Assembly (NCBI GenBank): GCA_039811685.1
Contig: JBDHZC010000006.1
Location: forward strand, 96,001 to 160,000
DNA: 64,000 bases
Direction: 5' to 3'
Origin: Armatimonadota bacterium
Lineage (GTDB): Bacteria > Armatimonadota > UBA5829 > DSUL01
Shown here: one piece after another, positions 47,230-56,489 of the stretch
Layout: each line of letters starts with the position of its first letter
How positions within the stretch are numbered: position 1 is the stretch's first letter
Notes under the pieces: generated by a model
Databases searched by the model: none
What the model was told of the DNA's origin: nothing
What the model saw: only the letters and a program-made list of their open reading frames with translations
Program-made: the position numbers and the translations under genes

Positions 47230-47910
47230 TCACACGACGGCTGATATCTCTTTCTTCAAGTCTTCGAATATCTCCGTGACAGACCTGCTGGCGTCAATAG
47301 TGACAAAATCATACTCCTTCGCCATTCGATCCAGTTCGTGAGAGATTCTGGACTGGTACGTCCGAAAGCTGTCGTAAAGATTGTCGGCGATACCCATGTC
47401 CATCCCTGACTCCCAGAAATCGAAGCCGCCGCCAGAGATAACGCGCGGGACCAGGTCGTCCACGCCAATCCGCAGGTACAACACAAGATCGGGCACTAAC
47501 GCAAAGCCGTACACCCGCCTCAGCCACTCCGGGTCTGCGCCGCGCACTATGTCGCGCGCGAAGATCGAATACATGTACCTGTCCGATAGAACGTAGAACC
47601 CGGCTCGTAGCGCCGGAATGATCTGATTCTCCAGCCGATCCGCGAAGTCTGTCGCATAGAACAGGCTCATGGTAGTCTTGTTGAGAGTGTGCCCGGACCT
47701 CCCCTGCTCCAGACCCTTCTGCGTGAGTTGAGACCGGCGAAAGCCCGTATTGGACACACCATGTCCTTCGCTCTCCAGCCATGCGGAGAGCAGGCCAATC
47801 TGTGTAGATCGGCCGACGCCATCGGGCCCCTCAACGACAAACAGCTTGCCCGGCATGTCGGGTATCTTCCGGTACGGAAGCCCCACACCGTAGAATCTTG
47901 AAGACGTCAT
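47230..47910 (-). CDS. Thymidylate-kinase-like protein, variant P-loop (paralogue 2)
   Basis: VEGPDGVGRST, ATDFADRL, LSDRY, PDL. Confidence 0.88.
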   Translation of the reverse strand: MTSSRFYGVGLPYRKIPDMPGKLFVVEGPDGVGRSTQIGLLSAWLESEGHGVSNTGFRRSQLTQKGLEQGRSGHTLNKTTMSLFYATDFADRLENQIIPALRAGFYVLSDRYMYSIFARDIVRGADPEWLRRVYGFALVPDLVLYLRIGVDDLVPRVISGGGFDFWESGMDMGIADNLYDSFRTYQSRISHELDRMAKEYDFVTIDASRSVTEIFEDLKKEISAVV

Positions 47911-48605
47911 ACTGTCTGAGCCTCCAACCAGTCCCGCCGCAGACCGTGATAACTCACCAGCATCTCATCCACAACGCAGCGCATCTGTGTCTGCTGCTCT
48001 TCAATAGGCCGGCTTCCGTCCATAACGGTGAATCCGAACTCTGAGGTCATCTGATCATATTCACTGAGGATGCGTTGTTGAAACAGCTTGAAGCTCTCGA
48101 CCTCATCATTGGAAAGACCCAGATCCATGCCAGCTTCGTAATACTTCAGCTTGGGACGCCCCACCAGAATTCGCTCAATAGAGACGCTGAGAGGAACCCG
48201 GAAGTAGAAGGAAAGATCCGGGCGCGGGGCAAACGAGTAAAGGTCACGCACCCACTGACGGTCGACTCCGCGAGCCGCATCGCGGGCAAACGCGGTAAAC
48301 GCATAGCGATCGGCCAGGACGATCACGCCTGCCTTCAGCAGAGGCGCAATGTGGTTGACCAGCCGATCCGCGAAGTCTGTAGCGTGAATAAGACTGAAGG
48401 TAGCAGGAGTGAGCAGCCTCTTCTTCTTTCCCAGTGACGTTGTGCTCTTTACCATGGGGGATGAGTTCCACTCGCTGAGCGAGACTGTGTAGCCCCTGGA
48501 TAGAAGATATTTGTGAAGCAGCAAAAGCTGCGTGCTCTTACCCGATCCGTCAATACCTTCGACGATAATCAGCCGGCCGGGATAGCTATGACTGTCCATA
48601 CTCAT
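47907..48605 (-). CDS. Thymidylate-kinase-like protein (paralogue 1)
   Basis: VEGIDGSGKST, EWNSS, ATDFADRL, LADRY, YEAGMDLG; start uncertain (ORF open to 48647). Confidence 0.88.
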   Translation of the reverse strand: MSMDSHSYPGRLIIVEGIDGSGKSTQLLLLHKYLLSRGYTVSLSEWNSSPMVKSTTSLGKKKRLLTPATFSLIHATDFADRLVNHIAPLLKAGVIVLADRYAFTAFARDAARGVDRQWVRDLYSFAPRPDLSFYFRVPLSVSIERILVGRPKLKYYEAGMDLGLSNDEVESFKLFQQRILSEYDQMTSEFGFTVMDGSRPIEEQQTQMRCVVDEMLVSYHGLRRDWLEAQTV

Positions 48606-48738
48606 CCTGTCGGAGAAATTCCGCAGCTTCGTTAGCGGTGTTTTCAAGTGTTGTGGGACCGGCGGCTATGATCACTCGCCGGAACCCGTGGGGAACAGCA
48701 GACATGCGGATGCAACAGCTTATCCCAAGGAGCCAGTC

Positions 48739-49464
48739 TTGAGTCTAACCGGAAAAACAGCCATTGTCACCGGAGCCGGAAGAGGCATAGGCGCCGCCAC
48801 CGCCATAGCTCTGGCCGGCAGAAATGTTGCCGTTTCTCTGCTCGCCCGAACGCCCAATGAAATTACGGACGTTGTAAAAACAATCACCGCTGGCGGTGGC
48901 CAGGCACAGCCCGTCCGCTGTGATGTTACCCTGGAACAGCAGGTCCAAAAAGCCTTTGACCAGCACGAAGAGAAGTATGGGCGCACGGACATAGTCATCA
49001 ACAATGCGGGCGCTCTGATTTTGAAATCCATTACGGCAACTTCACTTGAGGAGTGGGAAGATGTTCTGCGCGTCAATCTGACAGGGGCATTTCTCGTAGC
49101 CAGAGAGGCGCTTCGACGGATGGGCGGGCGCGGAGGGACGCTGATCAACGTTGGTTCGATGGCAGGGCGGCGCGGCTATGCGGAGCAAAGCGCCTACTGC
49201 GCGTCCAAGCATGGGTTGGCCGGACTGACCAAGGTGCTGGCCATCGAGGGTCAACCCAAAGGCGTGAGGGTGCATCTGGTTTCTCCCGGCGGAGTGATGA
49301 CGGATCTATCAAAGGAGCTGCGCGCGTCGCGCAACGCAAATGCGGATGAATGGATGAGTCCTGCGGAAGTGGCTGATGCCATCGTGTTCTGCGCTATGCA
49401 GACAGGTGTCGCCGTGTCGGACGAAGTGGCGCTTCGGCGTTTTCAGTCCGAGCCCTGGAGATGA
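48739..49464 (+). CDS. Classical SDR oxidoreductase
   Basis: TGAGRGIG, NNAG, YCASK; TTG start after AAGGAG. Confidence 0.92.
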   Translation: MSLTGKTAIVTGAGRGIGAATAIALAGRNVAVSLLARTPNEITDVVKTITAGGGQAQPVRCDVTLEQQVQKAFDQHEEKYGRTDIVINNAGALILKSITATSLEEWEDVLRVNLTGAFLVAREALRRMGGRGGTLINVGSMAGRRGYAEQSAYCASKHGLAGLTKVLAIEGQPKGVRVHLVSPGGVMTDLSKELRASRNANADEWMSPAEVADAIVFCAMQTGVAVSDEVALRRFQSEPWR

Positions 49465-49534
49465 GCTTCTACGCTTTTCTTAAGGGGAAGACCTGATTTT
49501 TCGGGAGCTTGAGCCTCGGCGCCCTTTGCGGCGT

Positions 49535-49563
49535 TTGAGTCAGGCTTGCGAAGCCTGTATAAT
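49535..49563 (+). promoter_or_regulatory. Sigma-70 promoter of the rhomboid gene, with a palindromic spacer
   Basis: TTGAGT-CAGGCTTGCGAAGCCTG (17 nt)-TATAAT. Confidence 0.7.
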
Positions 49564-49635
49564 AAAGACGCCAGACCGTGTCGAGACACGCAATGGTTCG
49601 AGACTCATCACTGTGGAGGAGGATGGAGAAGCTAC

Positions 49636-50826
49636 GTGGCTCTGCGAAATCCGCTGGCTACAAAGAACTTTCCAGTTGCGACCTACAGCCTTATAGCCTT
49701 CAACGTACTGCTGTGGTGGGGGTTGCTCGGGAGCAATATGCAGGACGAGATTTTTCCTGCGTACGCTCTGACGCCCCGGGATCCCGGGCTGTTGCAGATG
49801 TTCACGTCCATGTTTCTGCATCAGGGATTCGGCCATCTCGCGGGAAACATGTTCTTCCTGTGGCTGTTTGGACGCAGGATCGAACTCGCGCTCGGGTCTG
49901 TTGAGTTTCTGATCTTCTACATTGGAAGCGGCTTTGCCGCCTCCATTATGCACCTCGCCATTGTCTTCGCCTTCCTGCCACCAGACGCTAAAACGCAGCA
50001 TGTCGTCGGCGCTTCCGGCGCGATCGCCGGCATTCTCGGTGTCTATGCCATCCGCTATTACCGGGACTCTTTCAACCTGGGCGGCGTGCGGGTACCGGCA
50101 TCCGTACTTCTGCTGGGCTGGCTTATGATGCAGATGGTGCTCGGGATTTTGAGCCTTTACGTCCCGGAGATCAACCTGGGCATTGTGAAGCCACAGCTTG
50201 CCAGTATTGGTTACTGGGCGCACCTGGGCGGTTTCATCTTCGGAATGGGCTTTGCGCAAATGAGCCAGCTTGGACTGGAGGCGCGCAAAGAGTATCTGTT
50301 GTCCGATGCGCAGGAAGGCATGCGCCGCGGCACGCTGATGGATGTGGCGCGAGACTATGAAGAGTTGCTCGAGTGCGACCCGGAAGACCCGTTTGCCTAC
50401 GCCGAACTTGGGCGCACGTGGTCTCTGCTGGGCGATCCGGAACAGGCTATCCCGTATTACGAGAAGGCTATCCGGCTGTACCTGACTGAGGACCGGACTG
50501 ACCTGGCTGTGGAGCGCTTTCGGGAAATGCGCGCGAGTTGGCCCGAGGCCATCCTGAGTCTCAAGCTACATTTTCGGATGGGGTGCAAGCTGGAAGAGAT
50601 CGGTGAGTACGAAGAGGCTGTCACCGTTCTGGAACAGTTGTCCCACGCTGAAGCGCGCTCTGCGGAAGGGGAGATGGCGGCGCTGCGAGTGGGAGAGATC
50701 TATTTGTCCCGTCTACACCGCACGGACGCTGCGATATCCGCCTTCAGGCGCTTTCTCCGCCTTTACCCCGACAGCCAATGGGCGCACTTTGCGGAGCAGT
50801 CACTCAACAAAGCCGGAGCTGAGTGA
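49636..50826 (+). CDS. Rhomboid intramembrane serine protease with C-terminal TPRs
   Basis: TSMFLH, HLAGNM, GASG, AHLGG motifs followed by TPR repeats; GTG start after GGAG. Confidence 0.92.
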   Translation: MALRNPLATKNFPVATYSLIAFNVLLWWGLLGSNMQDEIFPAYALTPRDPGLLQMFTSMFLHQGFGHLAGNMFFLWLFGRRIELALGSVEFLIFYIGSGFAASIMHLAIVFAFLPPDAKTQHVVGASGAIAGILGVYAIRYYRDSFNLGGVRVPASVLLLGWLMMQMVLGILSLYVPEINLGIVKPQLASIGYWAHLGGFIFGMGFAQMSQLGLEARKEYLLSDAQEGMRRGTLMDVARDYEELLECDPEDPFAYAELGRTWSLLGDPEQAIPYYEKAIRLYLTEDRTDLAVERFREMRASWPEAILSLKLHFRMGCKLEEIGEYEEAVTVLEQLSHAEARSAEGEMAALRVGEIYLSRLHRTDAAISAFRRFLRLYPDSQWAHFAEQSLNKAGAE

Positions 50827-50977
50827 GGCTGCGAGGCGCGCTGCTGGCAGGTTCCTCCTGACCATCTTTCGCGTAGAACGCTCATCAGACGCCAGCGCCT
50901 CTTTTCTGTAGCAGTGCGCCTGACTTCCATGCGGACTCGCAGGAGATTTTTCAGCGCAGGACTAAGCGGCTGACACG

Positions 50978-51784
50978 ATGTCAACAGAAGTCTCTCAGCA
51001 CAGTGTTCTTCAACAGGTTCAGGACACTCTGGACGCGTGTGGCGGCAGATGGTCAATAGCCGCAACTAATCTCTCTACCGGCGAAGAGGTGGCCGTCAGG
51101 GCAGATGAGACCTACTCCGCCGCCAGTGTGATTAAGACCTTTTTGTTGGGAGCGTTGCTGGGTGCGCGGGATGAGCGCCGGCTGGAGCTTTCGGACAAGG
51201 CGCGTCTGATGCCAGAAGACGTTGTGGGTGGCTCTGGAATTCTCTGTGAGCTGGAACCCGGGCACGAGTTCACCCTGCTGGAATTAGCCACGCTCATGAT
51301 CGTGCTGAGCGACAACACTGCCACAAATATGGTGATTGAAGCCGTGAGCCTGCCCTACATCGAGAGCTTCCTCGAGAGCAGCGGATTTTCACACACGAAG
51401 CTGCAGCGTAAGCTCTTCGATATGGAAGCCCGGGCGGCAGGAAGAGACAATCTGATTACGGCGCGTGAATCCGCGCTCATTTTTCAGAAGATCAAAGCGC
51501 ACACGCTCACGCCCCTGTCGCCAGACTCATGCGAGTTAGCGCTCAATATTCTCCGGCGTCAGCAGCACAAGAACAAACTGCCGCACCTGCTGCCAAAGGA
51601 CGCCATCGTCGCCAACAAACCCGGTTGGCTGGATGACGCCAGCCACGACGCGGGACTGGTGGAGTGCCCGAGTGGCTGCGTTTTCAGCCTGGCTATTCTT
51701 ACGGCAGACTGGAACGATTCGGTCCAGGTGGAAAGCGCTATCGCTCACGCTTCCAGGGCGATTTACGACTACTTCGCGAGCTGA
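50978..51784 (+). CDS. Class A beta-lactamase-like serine hydrolase (no signal peptide)
   Basis: ASVIK (SxxK), SDN, KPG, HDAG. Confidence 0.85.
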   Translation: MSTEVSQHSVLQQVQDTLDACGGRWSIAATNLSTGEEVAVRADETYSAASVIKTFLLGALLGARDERRLELSDKARLMPEDVVGGSGILCELEPGHEFTLLELATLMIVLSDNTATNMVIEAVSLPYIESFLESSGFSHTKLQRKLFDMEARAAGRDNLITARESALIFQKIKAHTLTPLSPDSCELALNILRRQQHKNKLPHLLPKDAIVANKPGWLDDASHDAGLVECPSGCVFSLAILTADWNDSVQVESAIAHASRAIYDYFAS

Positions 51785-53127
51785 CTCGTACCGGCGGACT
51801 CGACAGCCCTGCGGCGCACGCCGCCGGTCTGAATATGTTCGAGCACTTCAGCAGCCGCCTTTTCTCCCAGATCAACTGCAAAGTTCGTGCCCCTGTCCCA
51901 CGGGTAAACGTGGCTCATACTGGCCCAGAACAACCCCGCAAGAGGAGTGGAGATGGCCGGGATAGACTGCGAGTGGTTGACTGGAACGATTGGCTGGGCG
52001 TATCTTTCCCGGTGCATCCATGCGCCAAGCAACCAGTCACGATGAAACGCGGGATTTACAGCAGCCAGAGCTGGCAGGAACCGCTCCAGAATCTCTTCGA
52101 GAGTCAGAGTGAAGTACTCGTGGTCGGCAGCGACATAGTCGCCGCAGTAGATCAGGCGCTGGCCGCCGTAATGGTCCGGACTGATGAAGTTGGTGTGCTC
52201 TACAACAGCGAGAAAGGGAAACTGACGCTTGGGAACATTCACCCAGTAGGCTCCGCCGGTAAGCGGACGGTCCAGGGCCAGCGTCACCACCACAGCCCCC
52301 AGAGACTGCAGTTGCCTTATCCCGGAGAGGTAGGCAGTCGGAAGATCCGGAGTCATCCGGCTAAACAACCCTGGAGACGTAGTTGACACCACAGCATCCA
52401 CAGCATGTGAGTCTGTTCCGGCCCTTACCAGCCAGCCGCCATCCGGGCCAGGCCGCAGCTCATCCACCAGCGTCCCCGGGAGCATTCGGGCTCCTTTTTC
52501 TTCTGCCGCACCAGCCAGAGCGTCCACAAAGGCCTGAAAACCACCGGTGAAGTAACCGAGCCTGGGCGTACGCGCTTTGAATCGCGCCCACAACCAGGCC
52601 ATGTTGACGTCCTCGTAGCTCTCGCCGAACTTCCCTTCCAGCAGCGGCTGAAGCAGGGCGTCAGTGGCGCGCGGACCAAACACGCGTCGGCTCCACCGCA
52701 TAGCGGTAGTCTGCTCCAGAGCGCGCCAGTTGTTCACAGAGAACTTGAGGTACGCCAGAACGGCTCCAAAGCGCACCCGGTCAACAAGTGGCATTCCCGG
52801 GTACTTCAGTACGGCCGAGGGAGAATCCAGCGGGTACGTTTTTCCATGCCACCACTGCGTCGTCAATGGGCGGCGAAAAAAGAGGTGATCCGAAAAGCCA
52901 ATCTCCTCCACCAGCCTTCGAATTTCTTTGTCCGATTCAAAAAGGTGGTGATAGAAGCGCTCGAGCGGCCAGTCCCACGACTTCTGCGTGAACCCGGAGG
53001 CCAGCCCTCCCAGAACAGGCGCCGCTTCGAAGACTGTCACGCTGTGTCCTTTTGACGCGAGGCGGTACGCACAGCTTAGCCCAGCAATTCCTCCGCCGAT
53101 GACAGCAATTCGCGCGGGAGCGCTCAA
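51769..53127 (-). CDS. FAD-dependent oxidoreductase (amine oxidase/protoporphyrinogen-oxidase-like fold)
   Basis: GGGIAG, GGLA, ERFYHH, YAQP, YPWDRGTN. Confidence 0.85.
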   Translation of the reverse strand: MSAPARIAVIGGGIAGLSCAYRLASKGHSVTVFEAAPVLGGLASGFTQKSWDWPLERFYHHLFESDKEIRRLVEEIGFSDHLFFRRPLTTQWWHGKTYPLDSPSAVLKYPGMPLVDRVRFGAVLAYLKFSVNNWRALEQTTAMRWSRRVFGPRATDALLQPLLEGKFGESYEDVNMAWLWARFKARTPRLGYFTGGFQAFVDALAGAAEEKGARMLPGTLVDELRPGPDGGWLVRAGTDSHAVDAVVSTTSPGLFSRMTPDLPTAYLSGIRQLQSLGAVVVTLALDRPLTGGAYWVNVPKRQFPFLAVVEHTNFISPDHYGGQRLIYCGDYVAADHEYFTLTLEEILERFLPALAAVNPAFHRDWLLGAWMHRERYAQPIVPVNHSQSIPAISTPLAGLFWASMSHVYPWDRGTNFAVDLGEKAAAEVLEHIQTGGVRRRAVESAGTSQLAK

Positions 53128-54158
53128 GAGGAAACCTCCAACAACTCACCGGATGAAGCCTCTTCAGAGTCGTCCTCTTCACTGAAGGCTGCATCCGGAA
53201 AGGAGCGCGTCAGCACAACCGCCGCTACCCACCCAGCCAGCGTAATCGGCAGCCACAGGACAACGTGCAGCACCAAAGTGAAACCAGCAGCCAGCGCATG
53301 CGCAACCCCAAAAGTCTGTAACAACGCAATCCCTGGCGCGTCGAACGTCCCCACATATCCCGGCGTGGACGGCAGCGTCGTGGCAAAGTTGGTGACAGCG
53401 ACCATCAGCATCATCTGAACGAAGCTGACATGCAAGTCTGAGAAAGCCTGCGAAATAAGAAAATAGGTGCTGGCTTCACACAGCCATGCCCCAAGAGACA
53501 ATCCCAGGGCTGCGGCAATCGCGCCCGGACTCTGCAAAGACTGCAGCCCGGCCACAAACCGTTTTACCACCCCACGCACGCGCTCACGAAGCTTATCCGA
53601 TAACAGAGTTTCGCACGCAATGTGATAGAGGCGGGTTAGAAAAGCTGGCTTTGCCGCTATGAGCACGAACGCAGCAAGCGCCATCACGCAGACCGCCCCG
53701 ATTGCCGCTGCCATGCCCGTCCGATTTCCAAAAGTCGTCACAAGGGTCACAGTTGAGAAGAGAAAGACTATCATCACCAGAGCGTCAAACACCCGCTCCA
53801 GCACGATTGTCGCCAGCGTGGCTGATACAGGCACACCCTCCCGGCGGCGCAGCGCATAGGCGCGCATAAACTCACCGGCTCTGGCGGGAAAAACATTGTT
53901 ACCCATATATCCGAGCAGGAGAAGTCCGAAGATGACACCGACGCCGGGGCGAGTCAGGGGCCGCAGGAGAATCCGCCAGCGCCATGCCCGCAGCAGCATA
54001 CCGCTGAAATAGACTGCCAGCGCCGGCGCGAGCCATACGTAGCGAGCTGTGGAGAGCGCCTCGCTCACCTGTCGCCACTGAAGCCCTCGGGCGGCTATAT
54101 AGAGCATGGCCGCGCTGAGGAAAACGCCAATCCAGAGCTTTAGATGTTTTGCGGGCAT
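53124..54158 (-). CDS. Lysylphosphatidylglycerol-synthase TM domain / flippase-like (UPF0104) protein
   Basis: RAWRW, NNVFPARAGE, ERVFD, PSTPGYVG motifs. Confidence 0.88.
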   Translation of the reverse strand: MPAKHLKLWIGVFLSAAMLYIAARGLQWRQVSEALSTARYVWLAPALAVYFSGMLLRAWRWRILLRPLTRPGVGVIFGLLLLGYMGNNVFPARAGEFMRAYALRRREGVPVSATLATIVLERVFDALVMIVFLFSTVTLVTTFGNRTGMAAAIGAVCVMALAAFVLIAAKPAFLTRLYHIACETLLSDKLRERVRGVVKRFVAGLQSLQSPGAIAAALGLSLGAWLCEASTYFLISQAFSDLHVSFVQMMLMVAVTNFATTLPSTPGYVGTFDAPGIALLQTFGVAHALAAGFTLVLHVVLWLPITLAGWVAAVVLTRSFPDAAFSEEDDSEEASSGELLEVSS

Positions 54159-54437
54159 GATTGACAGAGAGGATCGGACAGCGCCTGCCAGCAGCTTTCG
54201 GGCGCAGCTTGCCTGCGGTCAGGTTAGATCAGAGACAACGATCTCTGACAGCAGATCTCACTCTCACCTTCCCCAGTATGTTGCTCGAATCTACGCATTT
54301 CCGCACCGGCAGATTTCAGCTATGATAGCGGGAGAGTTGCTTTGAGCGCGCGTCTCAATCACAGGAAAGGGTCCGATATCCTCCGCACCTGACGAACAGA
54401 GCGCTCACGATCGCCGCAGCGCCTGAGGGAAAGATGA

Positions 54438-55214
54438 ATGCGACCTGGAGCTTTTACACCGGAGTCTAGACTGACAGAACTCTCGTACTTTTTCCCAGCC
54501 CACAACGAAGAGGCGAACATTGAGGCCATGGTTCGTGCGGCTCTTCTTATCCTTCCCTCAGTCGCCGATGTTTTTGAGGTAATAGTCGTCAACGACGGCA
54601 GTAGCGATCGAACGCTGGAAATCGCCCAGAAGCTCTCTGAACAGCATCCGAATGTGCGCGTAGTCAATCACCCGGTCAATCGCGGCTACGGCGCTGCCCT
54701 GAAAAGCGGTTTTGAAGCTGCAAAGTATGAATGGACTTTCTTCACTGATGGCGACCAGCAGTTTGACCTTTCCGAGCTAAACCACCTGCTGCAAGCCCTC
54801 GGCCCGGGTACGGACGCCGTAGTCGGCTACCGTCTGAAACGGCGTGATCCGCGCCACCGGGCGCTTAACGCTTATCTGTACAAGACGCTCATCCGTATTT
54901 TGTTCGGGTTAAAGATCCGGGATATTGACTGCGCGTTCAAACTCATTCGCACTTCCGCAATCAAGTCCGTGCCTTTGAAGAGCGACGGCGCGTTGATCAG
55001 TGCAGAGCTCCTGATCCGTCTGAAGAAACGGGGCGCTGTCATACGCGAAGTTGGCGTCAACCACTACCCACGCGTCGCCGGTGAACAATCCGGAGCGAAT
55101 CTGAAAGTCATTATGCGCATGTTTCGAGAGCTCTTTGCGCTGGCCGGTGAACTCAAGCGGGAAGAGGCCACGTCAGCGCAGGATTCCTCAACTACCAGCG
55201 CCTCAGACCACTAG
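54438..55214 (+). CDS. GT2 glycosyltransferase (polyprenol-phosphate sugar synthase-like)
   Basis: PAHNEE, VNDGSSD, NRGYGAA, DGDQQ, DIDCAFKL, RVAGEQS. Confidence 0.92.
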   Translation: MRPGAFTPESRLTELSYFFPAHNEEANIEAMVRAALLILPSVADVFEVIVVNDGSSDRTLEIAQKLSEQHPNVRVVNHPVNRGYGAALKSGFEAAKYEWTFFTDGDQQFDLSELNHLLQALGPGTDAVVGYRLKRRDPRHRALNAYLYKTLIRILFGLKIRDIDCAFKLIRTSAIKSVPLKSDGALISAELLIRLKKRGAVIREVGVNHYPRVAGEQSGANLKVIMRMFRELFALAGELKREEATSAQDSSTTSASDH

Positions 55215-56482
55215 GCGCTGATTCCAAGAGCTTTGAGCACAATGTCTTCCGATTTCGCCGTGATCATCTGATAGCCGTAGAGTTTGTAGGCTTCCTCCAC
55301 CTCATAGCCGCCCTCTGGAAACGCTCTGGCATCGGGGAGATATCCGATGTTGCCGTTCGTGTAAGCTGTAACCATCACGGGAGCCGGCCGGCTGTTTTCC
55401 TTGATGTGGCTGGCGTATGTGGAGAAAGCTTCCGCCCCAATCCAGACGATTTCGAAGACGGATTGCTGCGGACTCATCAGACGGACTCCCCCAATCTCCA
55501 TTTCGATTTCCCTGCGCCGCGCATCCCGTGAGTTTTCAAGAACGGCGTTGGACCAGGCGGCATCCAGCTTATCCATCCACTGCCACTCGGATTTGGGACG
55601 GCTCTGAATACGCGCCAGAAGCGCCTGAAGCTCGGCTTCACTCGGAGGCATCTCCACGGGGAGAGCCACTGTCTCACGCCAGTTCTCGAAAGCCCCTTCA
55701 ACCGGACGGGCTTTGGCAAGAGCGGCATGCACGGCATCAGTTGCTTTTGCAGCCACTACATCTACGGTCTCATAGGTGTCGCGCGTGAACGGATTCACGT
55801 CTCCCGAGCACCCCTGCAGAAACAGTGCGGGCGCGTTGAACTCCGCTTCCAGAGAACGCGCGGCGCGGCCAGGCCAGTCCCCTGTTATCAGACGGTTGTC
55901 CGCACCCATGCACACCCCGTGGCAGCCATAGTTGAAGATGGTCGCCATCACTTCCCCGTCAGGGCGCTTCAGTTGAGCGGCGACAAGCTCTGGCTCGGTG
56001 TGACCGTCCGGATTCAGCTCGTGCAGCAGGCCACGAGGGGAAGGTTTACGGCGGTTGACTCCAAGGCCGGACGAAGCGGCGCCGACGGAAAGCAGGCACT
56101 CCTGCCGGCTCTGACCAGCCTCCAGGATACACTGCGAGATCGATTCAATGAGAAAGTCCTGATACTCTGGTGATGGAGTCCCGCAAAGACGGAGATACTG
56201 AACTGCCGGGCCGCCGTGCGTATGAGTGCAACTGAGGATCATATCCTCGGGGCGATAACCGGCGCTTGCGACGCTTTCCCGGATGCGCTGGACCTGATCG
56301 TCCTCCAGACTGAGAATTTCGATAGAGCAGATCGCCACCTGACGCCCGTCCTGCTCCAGGGATACACAGCGCACCCAGATGTCATCGTGCACACCCTGCA
56401 TCGGCTGTTCGCGAAAACCATACCCGGACATCTCCACTGTCCGATCCGGTGTAATCTTGCGCTTTGCCACTCCAGCTTTCAC
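55211..56482 (-). CDS. Neutral/alkaline ceramidase-like hydrolase
   Basis: ITP, GYGFR, GVHD, CTHTHGGP, NYGCH, GDWPG, QGCSGDVNP, GYLP, GGYE; start approximate. Confidence 0.82.
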   Translation of the reverse strand: MKAGVAKRKITPDRTVEMSGYGFREQPMQGVHDDIWVRCVSLEQDGRQVAICSIEILSLEDDQVQRIRESVASAGYRPEDMILSCTHTHGGPAVQYLRLCGTPSPEYQDFLIESISQCILEAGQSRQECLLSVGAASSGLGVNRRKPSPRGLLHELNPDGHTEPELVAAQLKRPDGEVMATIFNYGCHGVCMGADNRLITGDWPGRAARSLEAEFNAPALFLQGCSGDVNPFTRDTYETVDVVAAKATDAVHAALAKARPVEGAFENWRETVALPVEMPPSEAELQALLARIQSRPKSEWQWMDKLDAAWSNAVLENSRDARRREIEMEIGGVRLMSPQQSVFEIVWIGAEAFSTYASHIKENSRPAPVMVTAYTNGNIGYLPDARAFPEGGYEVEEAYKLYGYQMITAKSEDIVLKALGISA

Positions 56483-56489
56483 CGCTGTC

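Noticed and set aside
50978..51784. Antibiotic-resistance beta-lactamase
   Set aside because: There is no signal peptide, KTG is replaced by KPG, and no omega-loop Glu166 motif is evident. I call it only a serine hydrolase.
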